A stretch of DNA of 64,000 nucleotides, taken from the NCBI GenBank assembly GCA_002433485.1, contig DJIF01000054.1, forward strand, positions 1,158 to 65,157. The letters are read 5' to 3'. Origin of the DNA: Deltaproteobacteria bacterium UBA6601. Lineage in GTDB: Bacteria; Myxococcota_A; UBA796; UBA9615. The notes under the pieces are model-generated. The model had not been told where the DNA came from, ran no database searches, and saw only the letters and a list, made by a program, of their open reading frames with translations. This document shows positions 42,127 through 51,282 of this stretch, piece after piece (positions within the stretch are counted from its first letter, which is position 1; each line of letters opens with the position of its first letter). A program made the position numbers and the translations under genes.

Positions 42127-43644
42127 ATGTACCCACCCCTCCCAGACAGCACCGTTGAAAGCAATGAAGACGCATTGCCACGCGAGCTGGAAGTGACCTA
42201 CTCGGGCAGAGATGGGCACATCTACATCGCCGAGGGAGATGGCCGGCGCACACAGCGGCTCACCTGGAGCATCGAAGACTTCTCAACCCTTCCTGGGATG
42301 CCCGCGATGCCAGGAGTGTGCGGCAATCTTGAGGACAGTCTCGTATTCACCAATCCGGTATCGAGCGCCGACGGCAAGCGGATCGCTGTGTTCGGACTGC
42401 TACCAACGCTGTTTGACAACCGCGAACTCTATCCTTGGGAGCCATGGATCGGCGACGAGCACAGCGATAGCGAATGGGAAGTCGTACAAGCGCCCAGCGA
42501 CGGCGCAACGAACGATGACGAAGCGAACGATGTGATCGGTCAGGGAATGGTGCTCGTGGTGTATGGCGACCAAGACACCGACGAGGATGAGATCGGCGTC
42601 GACAGCATCGAAGAGACCGTCGAGGATGACGACGGCTTGCCCAGCTATTGGCCGGGTAGCAAGGTCTACGTGATGCACCGGGATGGAGTAAGAGTCTGGG
42701 AGCCCTGGGCAGAGGATGAAGGAACACCAGTACACCTTGAGTGGGCGCCAGACGACGAGCATCTGATGGTGCTCCATCAGGCGGGTGACCTGATGCATCT
42801 CGATCTGATCTCCTACGAGGGCGACGGAGAAGATGTACGCATCGCTTCCGGGGCACCCCTGTTCTGGGCCTGGCAACCGGGAGGTAGGCGCCTGGCGGTG
42901 CGCACCGACCACCCGGAAGACTCCAATGCTCTGCTGCACTTCTGCGATCCTCTCGACCACATGGAGTCTCAGTTGATCGGCCCAGCTGGATCTTTCTACC
43001 GACCAGCCTGGCACCCGGAAGGAAAGGCCATGGTCTATGGCCGGCGCGATGACCGAGAGGATGTGCTGGCGCTGGTCGACGCTGAGGGCAAACCGCTGCG
43101 CGATCTGTTCCACTACTCAGGCAGGGTCGCCTTTGACTGGGACCCTCGTGGCAGTCAGTTGGCCATCGCTCAAGCTCCTGAGGGGCATGGGCCATTCCAG
43201 GCACTACGTCTGCTAGAGCTGGACGGCGCCTCCCGAACATTGTGGCGCGGCACTTTCATCTGCTTCAAGTGGCTCCATGACGGCTCAGGCTTTCTGATCT
43301 GCAGCAGCGACCTGGAAAAAGGACATCTACAGTGGCTTTTGATCAACCAGGACGGTAGCAGTCGACCGGTCGGCAAGCCCTTCGTCCCCACTCGCGAGAC
43401 AGCGGTGTCACTGCACTTCTTCGAGCAGGTCTCGACAGGCCAGCCTTTTCTCTCTGCGGATGACCGTTTCGTTACCTACGCTGGCTTTTCGATCGAGTCA
43501 GAAGGCGCCGAAATGGAAGCCTCAGAGGCCCCGGTAAACTTTGAGGGAACTGCTGAGCAGAGCCGCATCCTGATCAGCCCTCTGAACAGCTCAACCTCGA
43601 TTGCGGTTGGCGAAGGGCGCTACGGCTGCTTCCCCGCTCGTTAG
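42127..43644 (+). CDS. Hypothetical PD40/WD40-like beta-propeller protein with an acidic insert
   Basis: Blade motifs recur (RRLAVRTD, GKAMVYG, GSQLAIAQ). There is an acidic block (DEANDV...DQDTDEDEIGVDSIEETVEDDDG). No signal peptide is present. It sits 17 bp after the previous gene. Confidence 0.5.
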   Translation: MYPPLPDSTVESNEDALPRELEVTYSGRDGHIYIAEGDGRRTQRLTWSIEDFSTLPGMPAMPGVCGNLEDSLVFTNPVSSADGKRIAVFGLLPTLFDNRELYPWEPWIGDEHSDSEWEVVQAPSDGATNDDEANDVIGQGMVLVVYGDQDTDEDEIGVDSIEETVEDDDGLPSYWPGSKVYVMHRDGVRVWEPWAEDEGTPVHLEWAPDDEHLMVLHQAGDLMHLDLISYEGDGEDVRIASGAPLFWAWQPGGRRLAVRTDHPEDSNALLHFCDPLDHMESQLIGPAGSFYRPAWHPEGKAMVYGRRDDREDVLALVDAEGKPLRDLFHYSGRVAFDWDPRGSQLAIAQAPEGHGPFQALRLLELDGASRTLWRGTFICFKWLHDGSGFLICSSDLEKGHLQWLLINQDGSSRPVGKPFVPTRETAVSLHFFEQVSTGQPFLSADDRFVTYAGFSIESEGAEMEASEAPVNFEGTAEQSRILISPLNSSTSIAVGEGRYGCFPAR

Positions 43645-43674
43645 CCGGCACCAGCTCGTATCGCCGGTGCCGGT
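43644..43674 (+). terminator. GC-rich hairpin immediately after the stop codon of gene 42127..43644
   Basis: CCGGCACC at 43645-43652 pairs with GGTGCCGG at 43666-43673 around a 13-nt loop. No U-tract follows, which is common in high-GC genomes. Confidence 0.35.
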
Positions 43675-43812
43675 ACGAGAGCTGCAAAGGCGTATGGGGT
43701 TAGCCATTGGGGCCCTGAGCATGGCCCAATAAGGGTAGATAACAGGCAGGTCGGTAGGTATGTTGCGCACAGTAACGCACGGATTTTCGCACGCCACAGG
43801 CGCGCTACGGCC

Positions 43813-45696
43813 GTGAACGGAGGTCACTTGTCTACTCCCCCAAGCTCAGCTCCGCCCGAGCACTCCGAGCAACTAGAGAGCGTAGTGATTCGATTCGCTG
43901 GCGACTCTGGAGATGGAGTTCAGTTAACCGGCACCCAGTTCACCAAGACCTCGGCTCTTGTTGGCAACGACATCTCCACCTTGCCCGACTTTCCCGCCGA
44001 GATTCGCGCCCCAGCAGGAACCCTGTTTGGCGTCTCTGGCTTCCAGCTTCAGTTCGGCTCCACTGAAATACGCACCCCAGGCGATCGGCCAGATGTACTG
44101 GTGGCCTTCAACCCGGCGGCTCTGAAGACCAATATCGACCGACTCCGCAAGGGAGGATTGGTCCTCATCAACAGCGCATCTTTCACCAGTCGAAATCTTG
44201 AGAAGGCGGGCTACGAGAGCAACCCGCTCGAGGATGAGAGCCTTTCTGCATGGCAGGTCATTACGGTCGACATGACCAAGCTGACCCGCGAGGCGCTCAA
44301 GGAGTCCCCGCTCCGAACCAAAGACAAAGACCGGGCCAAGAACCTGTTTGCGCTGGGCATGGTCTACTTTCTCTACAGTCGACCGCTGGAGCATACGATC
44401 AGCTGGCTTGAGAATAAGTTCGCGAAGAAGCCGGATGTGGCTGCTGCCAACGTCAAGACCCTTAAGACCGGTTACTACTACGCGGAGACCGCTGAAGTCT
44501 TTCGCAGCACCTACTCAGTACCCGAGGCAACGGTAGCTCCCGGCTTGTATCGAAATGTGACCGGTAATCAAGCAACCGCCCTGGGCCTGGTGAGCGCCGC
44601 GCGCAAAGCAGACCTGGACCTGTTCCTCGGCAGCTATCCAATCACCCCGGCCTCGGACATCCTCCATGAGCTGAGTAACCTGCGGGCGCATGGAGTAAAG
44701 ACCCTTCAAGCGGAAGATGAAATCGCTGCCATCTGTGCGGCCATCGGAGCCAGCTACGCCGGTTCTCTGGGTATCACCAGCACCTCAGGGCCGGGACTCG
44801 CCCTCAAGGGCGAAGCCCTGGGACTGGCGATGATGGTCGAGTTGCCCCTGGTGGTTATCAACGTACAGCGAGGCGGCCCCTCGACCGGCCTGCCTACCAA
44901 GACGGAACAGGCTGACCTGCTGATGTCCATGTACGGGCGCAACGGTGAGAGCCCAATCCCAATCATTGCGGCTCGATCACCAGCTGACTGCTTTGCAGCG
45001 GCCTTTGAAGCAGCTCAGGTTGCCATTAGCACCCGAACCCCAGTACTGCTACTCACCGATGGCTATCTCGCCAACGGCTCGGAACCATGGGCAATCCCGC
45101 AAGCCGACGAGCTGCCCAACATTGATCCTGACTTCCTGCTGGACGGCGGTGAGGTGCTGCAGCCTTATGCACGAGACCCTGAGAGCCTCAGCAGGCCCTG
45201 GATCAAGCCCGGAACTGTCGGCTTAGAGCATCGCGTAGGCGGGCTTGAGAAGGCGGACCTCACCGGTAACGTGTCCTACGACCCGGCCAACCACCACCGA
45301 ATGTGCAGCCTACGCCGCGACAAAGTAGCGCGCATCGCCGATAGCCTGCCTCCAACCACGATCACTGGCAGTCAAACCGGCGGCGATCTGCTGCTGGTCG
45401 GTTGGGGCGGTACCTACGGCTCGATCACCACCGCAGTGCACAAGGCCAGAGCCGCGGGCAAGGATGTCTCTTCCGTCCACCTCCGCAATATCAATCCACT
45501 CCCCCCTGACCTGGGCGATATTCTGCGACGCTATGACAAGATCCTGGTCCCCGAGTTGAACCTCGGTCAGCTGGTTCGCATCCTCCGAGCTGAATACCTG
45601 GTAGATGCTCGAGGCTGCAATAAGGTGCAGGGGCTTCCATTTACGGTGAATGAGCTGATCGCGGCCATCGACGCTGAACTCTACGGAGAGGCCTGA
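43813..45696 (+). CDS. korA: 2-oxoglutarate/2-oxoacid:ferredoxin oxidoreductase, alpha subunit
   Basis: The sequence reads VVIRFAGDSGDGVQLTGTQFT...DFPAEIRAPAGTLFGVSGFQLQFG. It is 627 aa. Confidence 0.88.
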   Translation: MNGGHLSTPPSSAPPEHSEQLESVVIRFAGDSGDGVQLTGTQFTKTSALVGNDISTLPDFPAEIRAPAGTLFGVSGFQLQFGSTEIRTPGDRPDVLVAFNPAALKTNIDRLRKGGLVLINSASFTSRNLEKAGYESNPLEDESLSAWQVITVDMTKLTREALKESPLRTKDKDRAKNLFALGMVYFLYSRPLEHTISWLENKFAKKPDVAAANVKTLKTGYYYAETAEVFRSTYSVPEATVAPGLYRNVTGNQATALGLVSAARKADLDLFLGSYPITPASDILHELSNLRAHGVKTLQAEDEIAAICAAIGASYAGSLGITSTSGPGLALKGEALGLAMMVELPLVVINVQRGGPSTGLPTKTEQADLLMSMYGRNGESPIPIIAARSPADCFAAAFEAAQVAISTRTPVLLLTDGYLANGSEPWAIPQADELPNIDPDFLLDGGEVLQPYARDPESLSRPWIKPGTVGLEHRVGGLEKADLTGNVSYDPANHHRMCSLRRDKVARIADSLPPTTITGSQTGGDLLLVGWGGTYGSITTAVHKARAAGKDVSSVHLRNINPLPPDLGDILRRYDKILVPELNLGQLVRILRAEYLVDARGCNKVQGLPFTVNELIAAIDAELYGEA

Positions 45697-45700
45697 GAAC

Positions 45701-46729
45701 ATGAGCGAGCAACCCATCATCTCGCTGTCACGCTCGGATCTGGTCAGCGATCAAGAAGTACGCTGGTGCCCGGGCTGTGGCGACTACGCCATCCTCAAGC
45801 ACGTCCAGAGTGCGCTGGCGGACCTACAGGTTCCCCGCGAGAACATGGTGGTGGTCTCGGGCATCGGCTGTGCGGCCCGGTTCCCCTACTACATGAACAC
45901 CTATGGATTCCACACCATTCACGGTCGGTCCCCGGCACTGGCCACCGGCGTGAAAATGGCCAATCCGGAGCTTTCAGTATGGGTGGTGGGCGGAGACGGT
46001 GACATGATGTCCATCGGCGGCAACCACCTGATCCATGCTCTGCGCCGCAACATCGACCTCACGATCCTGCTCTTCAACAATGAGATCTATGGTCTCACCA
46101 AAGGCCAGTTTTCCCCCACCTCGGGACTGGGCAAGCGCACCAAGTCGAGTCCGCTGGGATCCATTGACCCGGCCTTTGACCCGGTCAGCCTGGCCCTGGG
46201 CGCCGGCGCCACCTTCGTCGGTCGAACCGCTGACATGTGGGGCAAGCACTGCCAGGCGATGCTTAAAGAAGCGCACGCCCACAAGGGTGCAGCCTTTATT
46301 GAAATCCTGCAGAACTGCATCATCTTTAATGACGGTGCCTTTGCGCACGAAGTAGGCAAGAAGACCAAGGACGACGCCACCGTAGAACTGATCCACGGGG
46401 AGCCGCTCATCTTCGGTAAGGAGAGCCAATTCGGCATCCTCGCCGATGGACTCGAGCTGAAGGTAGTCGAGCTGGGTGAGGAGTTCAGCGCTGAAGACCT
46501 GCTGGTCTACGACAAGACCAAGCTGAATCCTGGAATGGCACAGATGATTGCGGCGATGGGGGTCTCGGACGGCTCCCTACCACTGCCCGTCGGCATGTTC
46601 CGACAGGTGCAGCGACCGACCTATGAGCATTCCATGGAAGATCAGGTGCGGTCAGCCCAGCAGGACACTGGTGGCAAGCCTCCTCTGCAGAGCCTCTTTA
46701 ACCAGGGCGACACCTGGACAGTGGATTGA
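45701..46729 (+). CDS. korB: 2-oxoacid:ferredoxin oxidoreductase, beta (TPP-binding) subunit
   Basis: The motifs WCPGCGDYAILK and GIGCAARFPYY and GGDGD are present. It sits 4 bp after korA. Confidence 0.88.
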   Translation: MSEQPIISLSRSDLVSDQEVRWCPGCGDYAILKHVQSALADLQVPRENMVVVSGIGCAARFPYYMNTYGFHTIHGRSPALATGVKMANPELSVWVVGGDGDMMSIGGNHLIHALRRNIDLTILLFNNEIYGLTKGQFSPTSGLGKRTKSSPLGSIDPAFDPVSLALGAGATFVGRTADMWGKHCQAMLKEAHAHKGAAFIEILQNCIIFNDGAFAHEVGKKTKDDATVELIHGEPLIFGKESQFGILADGLELKVVELGEEFSAEDLLVYDKTKLNPGMAQMIAAMGVSDGSLPLPVGMFRQVQRPTYEHSMEDQVRSAQQDTGGKPPLQSLFNQGDTWTVD

Positions 46730-46769
46730 TTCTCTGGACTTGAGAGGCGCCCACAGTTAAGAAAAAGGG

Positions 46770-47504
46770 ATGTCAATGGCTCGCCGCTTTCTGTTGCTTC
46801 AGGCCCGCAATCCGGGCGACCCTGGCAGAGTCCACGAGCAACAGTGCTTCGAAGAAACCCTGGGACTGGGGGCGGGAAGCATCCACTGCTGGGACCTGCT
46901 GCAGGGTTGCCCAAACGAGCAACAACTGAGCCAATTCGACATGCTGCTCGTGGGAGGCTCGGGAGACTACTCGGTACTGGACGAAATCCCCTTTGTGCGA
47001 CAGTTCATCGACTTCCTCAGCGACGTCGTGTTGCCCAATGAGATCCCCACCTTCGCCTCCTGCTTCGGTTTTCAGGCGATCGTGCTGGCTGCAGGAGGTG
47101 AGCTTGTGCGGGACCCGGAACACGCCGAAGTTGGGACCTTCCCGATCACCGTAAGTGAACAGGGACGCCAGGACCCGCTACTGGGCGACCTGTTTCCAAG
47201 CTTCAAGGCCCAACTGGGGCACAAGGACCGGGTCGAGCGCCTTCCTGCGGGGCTTATTTCGCTTGCGGCCTCAGAGCGTGCTCCCTGCCAGGCCCTACGA
47301 CTATCGGGAAGCACCATCTATGGCACCCAGTTCCACCCAGAGCTGTCCCGGGATAACAACATCTACCGCTTCAATCTCTACCGCCAACGCTACGAGGGCA
47401 GCTCAGCAGACGACAGCGATGAGGTAACCGCCTCCCTGGAAGAGACACCGCAGGCTTCAGCTCTGTTGCCCCGCTGGGTAGAGCTGGTTCAGGGCACCGC
47501 CTGA
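46770..47504 (+). CDS. Class I glutamine amidotransferase-like protein
   Basis: A catalytic-Cys context (FASCFGFQAIVLAAGG) and an IYGTQFHPE histidine motif are present. Confidence 0.75.
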   Translation: MSMARRFLLLQARNPGDPGRVHEQQCFEETLGLGAGSIHCWDLLQGCPNEQQLSQFDMLLVGGSGDYSVLDEIPFVRQFIDFLSDVVLPNEIPTFASCFGFQAIVLAAGGELVRDPEHAEVGTFPITVSEQGRQDPLLGDLFPSFKAQLGHKDRVERLPAGLISLAASERAPCQALRLSGSTIYGTQFHPELSRDNNIYRFNLYRQRYEGSSADDSDEVTASLEETPQASALLPRWVELVQGTA

Positions 47505-47593
47505 GTCCAAGAGGAGGCGCAACCTAAGCTCAACCTTTAGATCGCAGCGGCACAACAAGTGTGCGCTAGGCTGGCGCCATAGGAGGGCCCAAG

Positions 47594-49282
47594 ATGAACT
47601 CTGAGCGCGATTCAAAGCTCTGGACTTGGCCGGTCATCGCTCTGCTCTGTGCAGGCCTGCAGCTGCTGCCAACGGCTACTGCCCAGGCGCTGCCCACTGC
47701 CCAGAGCCTTGGTATGGAGGCCTATATTCCTCCGGTTGAGCCAAGCCTTAACGAAGTGGAGCAGGCCATCGAGCAGGCCGCGCAACACTTCGAAGTTCCC
47801 GCAGAGCTGCTCTCTGTAGTCGCCCACACCGAGTCTCGCTGGCGCCACCGCCCGCACCGTAGCTCCCCTGATGGGCGAAGAGGCCTGTTCAACCTGAGCC
47901 CGGCACGCCTGGCGCTGGCCAGCGATGCCCTCGATGAGAGCAGCGAACATCTGGCCGTTGACCTGGAATTGCATGCATTGGCCTTTGCCTGGCTTCTCCA
48001 CTCCGCGCGACCGGGACCGGATCTCGGCCTGGGCAGCTGGCGAGACTCCCTGGCCTGGGCCCTTGAACTTCAGCCTGGAGCGGCCGACTTCCTGGTCGAC
48101 CGCTGGTTTGCCCTGCTCGATGGTGGTGTCATCGACCGCCTCGACACAGGTGAGCCTGTCACCATTGCGCCCAGCCCCATCGCCGCGCACTACCTGGGCC
48201 TGTTCGCCGCCAGCGCGGAAAGCCAGAGCCGCAGCCCTGATTACCCGGGGGCTGCCTGGGTTCCTGCAGCCAACTGCAACACCCCTAACTGTCCCTATCC
48301 CCGCACCATTGGTGACATAGACATGGTGGTCATTCACACCGCCCAGGGCAGCTACAACGGCACCATCTCCTGGTTCCAGAACTGCGATGCCGGTGTGTCG
48401 GCTCACTATGTAGTCAGCGAGGGTGGCGAGATCACCCAGATGGTCGAAGAGGAGTGGACCGGCTGGCACATCTCCGCCTGTAACGGCCACTCTATCGGTA
48501 TCGAGCACGAAGGCTGGGTACAGGACCTGTGGTACCCCGACGCCATGTACCAGGCCTCCGCTGCCCTCACCTCAGACATCCTCACCGACTGGAACATCCC
48601 GATCGACCGCAACAATGTCATCGGCCACGATGAGTTGCAGGCCATGTGCAACACCACCCACACCGACCCAGGTGCTGGGTGGGACTGGGACTACTACATG
48701 TCACTGATCGGCGGAGTAAACACCGTCGATCTCACCGAGTTGGTCGGCTACGTGCGCCATACCGACATCTACGAAGCCAGCTATGGCATCGCCAACGCGA
48801 CGGTCACCATCAGCGGCCATGGCACAACTCAGGCCGACCCCAGCGGCTACTACGTGTTTGACCCCATTCCCCCCGGTACCTGGGAGATCTGCGCCCGGGC
48901 CGAAGGCTACGAAGAGAACTGTCGCAGCAAGACAGTGGAGGCAGACATCACCAACTGGGGCTCCATCCTGCTCGCCCCAGGCTCCCCAGGCGACGATGAC
49001 GACAGCCTCGGTGACGACGACGACACCAGCGGCAACGACAACCCGGCGGACGATGACGACACCAGCGGCAACAACGACCCGACGGACGATGACGACACCA
49101 GCGACGACACCACTGGGCAGCCGCCCTTCAGTGACGATGAAGAGGCGGACTCAGAGGCCAACCAGCGCAGCAGAAATGGTTGCGCCTGCGCCAACGCCAG
49201 CACCACCTCGGCAACCCCGTTACCGGGCCTATTACTGCTCTCACTGGTAGGGCTGGCGGCACGTCGGAAGCGACTCAGATAG
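47594..49282 (+). CDS. Secreted N-acetylmuramoyl-L-alanine amidase (Amidase_2/PGRP domain) with a CarboxypepD_reg-like domain, an acidic tandem repeat and a MYXO-CTERM sorting tail
   Basis: It has a signal peptide. The amidase_2 region reads DMVVIHTAQGSY..HYVVSEGGEITQMV..GIEHEG..VIGHDEL. A CarboxypepD_reg-like segment follows (YYVFDPIPPGTWEICARAEGY). A DDDDTSGN repeat is present. The C-terminus reads GCACANAS...LPGLLLLSLVGLAARRKRLR. Confidence 0.8.
   Translation: MNSERDSKLWTWPVIALLCAGLQLLPTATAQALPTAQSLGMEAYIPPVEPSLNEVEQAIEQAAQHFEVPAELLSVVAHTESRWRHRPHRSSPDGRRGLFNLSPARLALASDALDESSEHLAVDLELHALAFAWLLHSARPGPDLGLGSWRDSLAWALELQPGAADFLVDRWFALLDGGVIDRLDTGEPVTIAPSPIAAHYLGLFAASAESQSRSPDYPGAAWVPAANCNTPNCPYPRTIGDIDMVVIHTAQGSYNGTISWFQNCDAGVSAHYVVSEGGEITQMVEEEWTGWHISACNGHSIGIEHEGWVQDLWYPDAMYQASAALTSDILTDWNIPIDRNNVIGHDELQAMCNTTHTDPGAGWDWDYYMSLIGGVNTVDLTELVGYVRHTDIYEASYGIANATVTISGHGTTQADPSGYYVFDPIPPGTWEICARAEGYEENCRSKTVEADITNWGSILLAPGSPGDDDDSLGDDDDTSGNDNPADDDDTSGNNDPTDDDDTSDDTTGQPPFSDDEEADSEANQRSRNGCACANASTTSATPLPGLLLLSLVGLAARRKRLR
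49011..49112 (+). repeat. In-frame 36-bp tandem repeat of about 2.7 copies encoding (DDDDTSGN(D/N)(N/D)P(A/T)) inside the amidase gene
   Basis: gacgatgacgacaccagcggcaacgacaacccggcg is followed by gacgatgacgacaccagcggcaacaacgacccgacg and then gacgatgacgacaccagcgacgacacc. Confidence 0.7.
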
Positions 49283-50891
49283 AGCGGAGACCAGCGAACA
49301 GACCACCCAGTTCCGCAAGCCCGGGCGCGTACACCTCGCGATAGAGAGCGTCATACAGCTGGGCCCGCTCGGGATCCGGCTCGACCAGCGGGCTCTGAGG
49401 CACCATCGCGGCGACGGCCTCGTCTACCGACCCATGAAGGCCCGCTGCTGCTGCTGCTACGATGGCTGCCCCGCGCGCAGAGAGTTCGCCGGACTCCGGT
49501 CGCCGAACCGGTCGACCGAGGACATCAGCGAGGATCTGAACGGCCAACTGAGAACGGGCCCCGCCGCCCCCAACCCGAAGTTCAGAAATTCTCTGGCCAC
49601 TGACCTTCTCGAGCAGTGCCAATCCACTGCGCAGATCCATGGCGATTCCCTCAAGCAGGGCCCGGTACATGTGTCCACGTCCGTGCACCTCTCGCAGTCC
49701 CAGCACAACACCACTCTCAGCAGGCTGCTGCAGACTCGGCGACCACCTAGGCCAGATCACCAGCCCTTCCGCACCAGCGGGAGTGCGCGCAGCCTCCTGT
49801 TCCAGCAAGGCCTCCACCGCACAGCCCTCAAGCTGAGCCCGCTGGTCCAGGTCACGAGCCAGCTCACGGGCAAACCAACGTGCTGTCCAGAAGCCGCGAA
49901 ACACCATGTACTCCAGCTGCCAGGCCGCCTTCTCCGCAGCAGCGATGGTCAACCATCGGTAGCTGCTGCTCTGACGAGCGACTGAGGAGGCAATCGCTAC
50001 GCTGGACGCAGTGCCGAGACTGACTACAGCAAGCTCTGGGGTCGTGGTTCGCACTCCCACCCCGAGCGCTTCAGCCTGCTTGTCGCCGCCGCAGCTGATA
50101 ATGGGCAGTCCCTGCGGCAGGCCGGTCAGTTCAGCCGCCTGCGCGCTTAAGCCACCGATCTTTTCACCAGCCTCTACGACCTCAGGCAGCCAGGAGCGAC
50201 GATAGCCCAGGAGGGCATAGAGCAAACCAGACTTTGCCCAGCGTCGACCCTTCACGTCCACCGGGAGCACTCCGGCAAGTCCCCCCGGCGCCAGCGCCAA
50301 CCTGGAACACAATTCGCCGTGCAGCCAGGCCTCAAGCGGCGCAACCCAGCGCAGCTCAGTGATCAGCTCTGGGTCCCTGCCCCGCCACTGACGAGGCATC
50401 GAGCGAGCCATCAAACGGGGAATCAATGCCTGCGGCCCGAGCAGCGCCAACAGCAGTCGCATGGGCAGAGCTGACTGAGCCTTCAGATCTGCTGTCCTAC
50501 GGTCCAGCCAGGAGACTGCCGGACGAAGCGGCGCACCTTGCTGGTCAAGGGCCAGGTAGACCCCTCGCTGAGTGGTCAGGGATGCTGCCGCGATGCGACC
50601 GGGGTCACCACCCCAGCCCTTCAGACAGGCACGAATAGAGGAAAACAAACAAGCGCGGATGTCGGCGGGGTCCTGCTCAACTGCGCCGGGCAGCGGAAAG
50701 GACATGGGCTGATGCAGTACCTGGGCCTCACCGACAATGCTGCCATCGGCGGCAAACAGCAGGGCCCGCGAACTCTGGGAGCCGGAGTCCAGGGCAAGGA
50801 CGAGATCTCGGGGAGCGGAAGGAGCAGACTTGTTCACGGGATCAGACCATAGCAAAGGCAGGTTCAGGTGCCGGGAGCGAGCAGGCTGCAA
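49275..50891 (-). CDS. FGGY-family carbohydrate kinase (glycerol/xylulose/ribulose kinase-like)
   Basis: The N-terminal actin-fold motif reads LVLALDSGSQSSRALLF. It is a two-domain FGGY kinase of about 538 aa (..GGGA.S......LADVLGRPV). Confidence 0.8.
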   Translation of the reverse strand: MQPARSRHLNLPLLWSDPVNKSAPSAPRDLVLALDSGSQSSRALLFAADGSIVGEAQVLHQPMSFPLPGAVEQDPADIRACLFSSIRACLKGWGGDPGRIAAASLTTQRGVYLALDQQGAPLRPAVSWLDRRTADLKAQSALPMRLLLALLGPQALIPRLMARSMPRQWRGRDPELITELRWVAPLEAWLHGELCSRLALAPGGLAGVLPVDVKGRRWAKSGLLYALLGYRRSWLPEVVEAGEKIGGLSAQAAELTGLPQGLPIISCGGDKQAEALGVGVRTTTPELAVVSLGTASSVAIASSVARQSSSYRWLTIAAAEKAAWQLEYMVFRGFWTARWFARELARDLDQRAQLEGCAVEALLEQEAARTPAGAEGLVIWPRWSPSLQQPAESGVVLGLREVHGRGHMYRALLEGIAMDLRSGLALLEKVSGQRISELRVGGGGARSQLAVQILADVLGRPVRRPESGELSARGAAIVAAAAAGLHGSVDEAVAAMVPQSPLVEPDPERAQLYDALYREVYAPGLAELGGLFAGLRSI

Positions 50892-50949
50892 TAAAGATGC
50901 AGGAGGAAAGGGCCAGCGACTCTCGCACCCTGCAGGTCACCCGGCTAGG

Positions 50950-51282
50950 ATGCCCCCGATGATTCGCCATATGTCCATCGCAGCCCTGCTTTCCTTGCTG
51001 TGGGGCTGTTCGCCCTGCGCCAGCAGTTGCAGCGCGCAAAGCCGAGTGTTCGAGCAGTGCCTCGACAACTGGAATCTGGAATGGACTGACCTCGGCGCGC
51101 TGGACGCGGATGACTATCGCGACCGCTGCTCAGACGACCATCAGCTCCGCCTCAGCGCCGCCAATGAAGAGCAAGCCAGCGAACAACGCAGCGGCTGCAG
51201 CGCGCTGGCCGATGCACTGCGCCTTGAGGACAACTGCGATGAGGCCTGGCAGACCCTGATCAACTCAGGCGCCGCGCCCTGA
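50950..51282 (+). CDS. Small Cys-rich lipoprotein (about 110 aa). Function unknown.
   Basis: The sequence reads MPPMIRHMSIAALLSLLWGCSPCASSC... with a lipobox. The six-frame ORF extends upstream to 50737 but overlaps the FGGY gene there. Confidence 0.35.
   Translation: MPPMIRHMSIAALLSLLWGCSPCASSCSAQSRVFEQCLDNWNLEWTDLGALDADDYRDRCSDDHQLRLSAANEEQASEQRSGCSALADALRLEDNCDEAWQTLINSGAAP

Noticed and set aside
48990-49120. A possible CRISPR-like repeat array
   Set aside because: The repeats are 36 bp, contiguous, in-frame and inside a CDS. They are a coding tandem repeat, not repeat-spacer units. No cas genes are present anywhere in the window.
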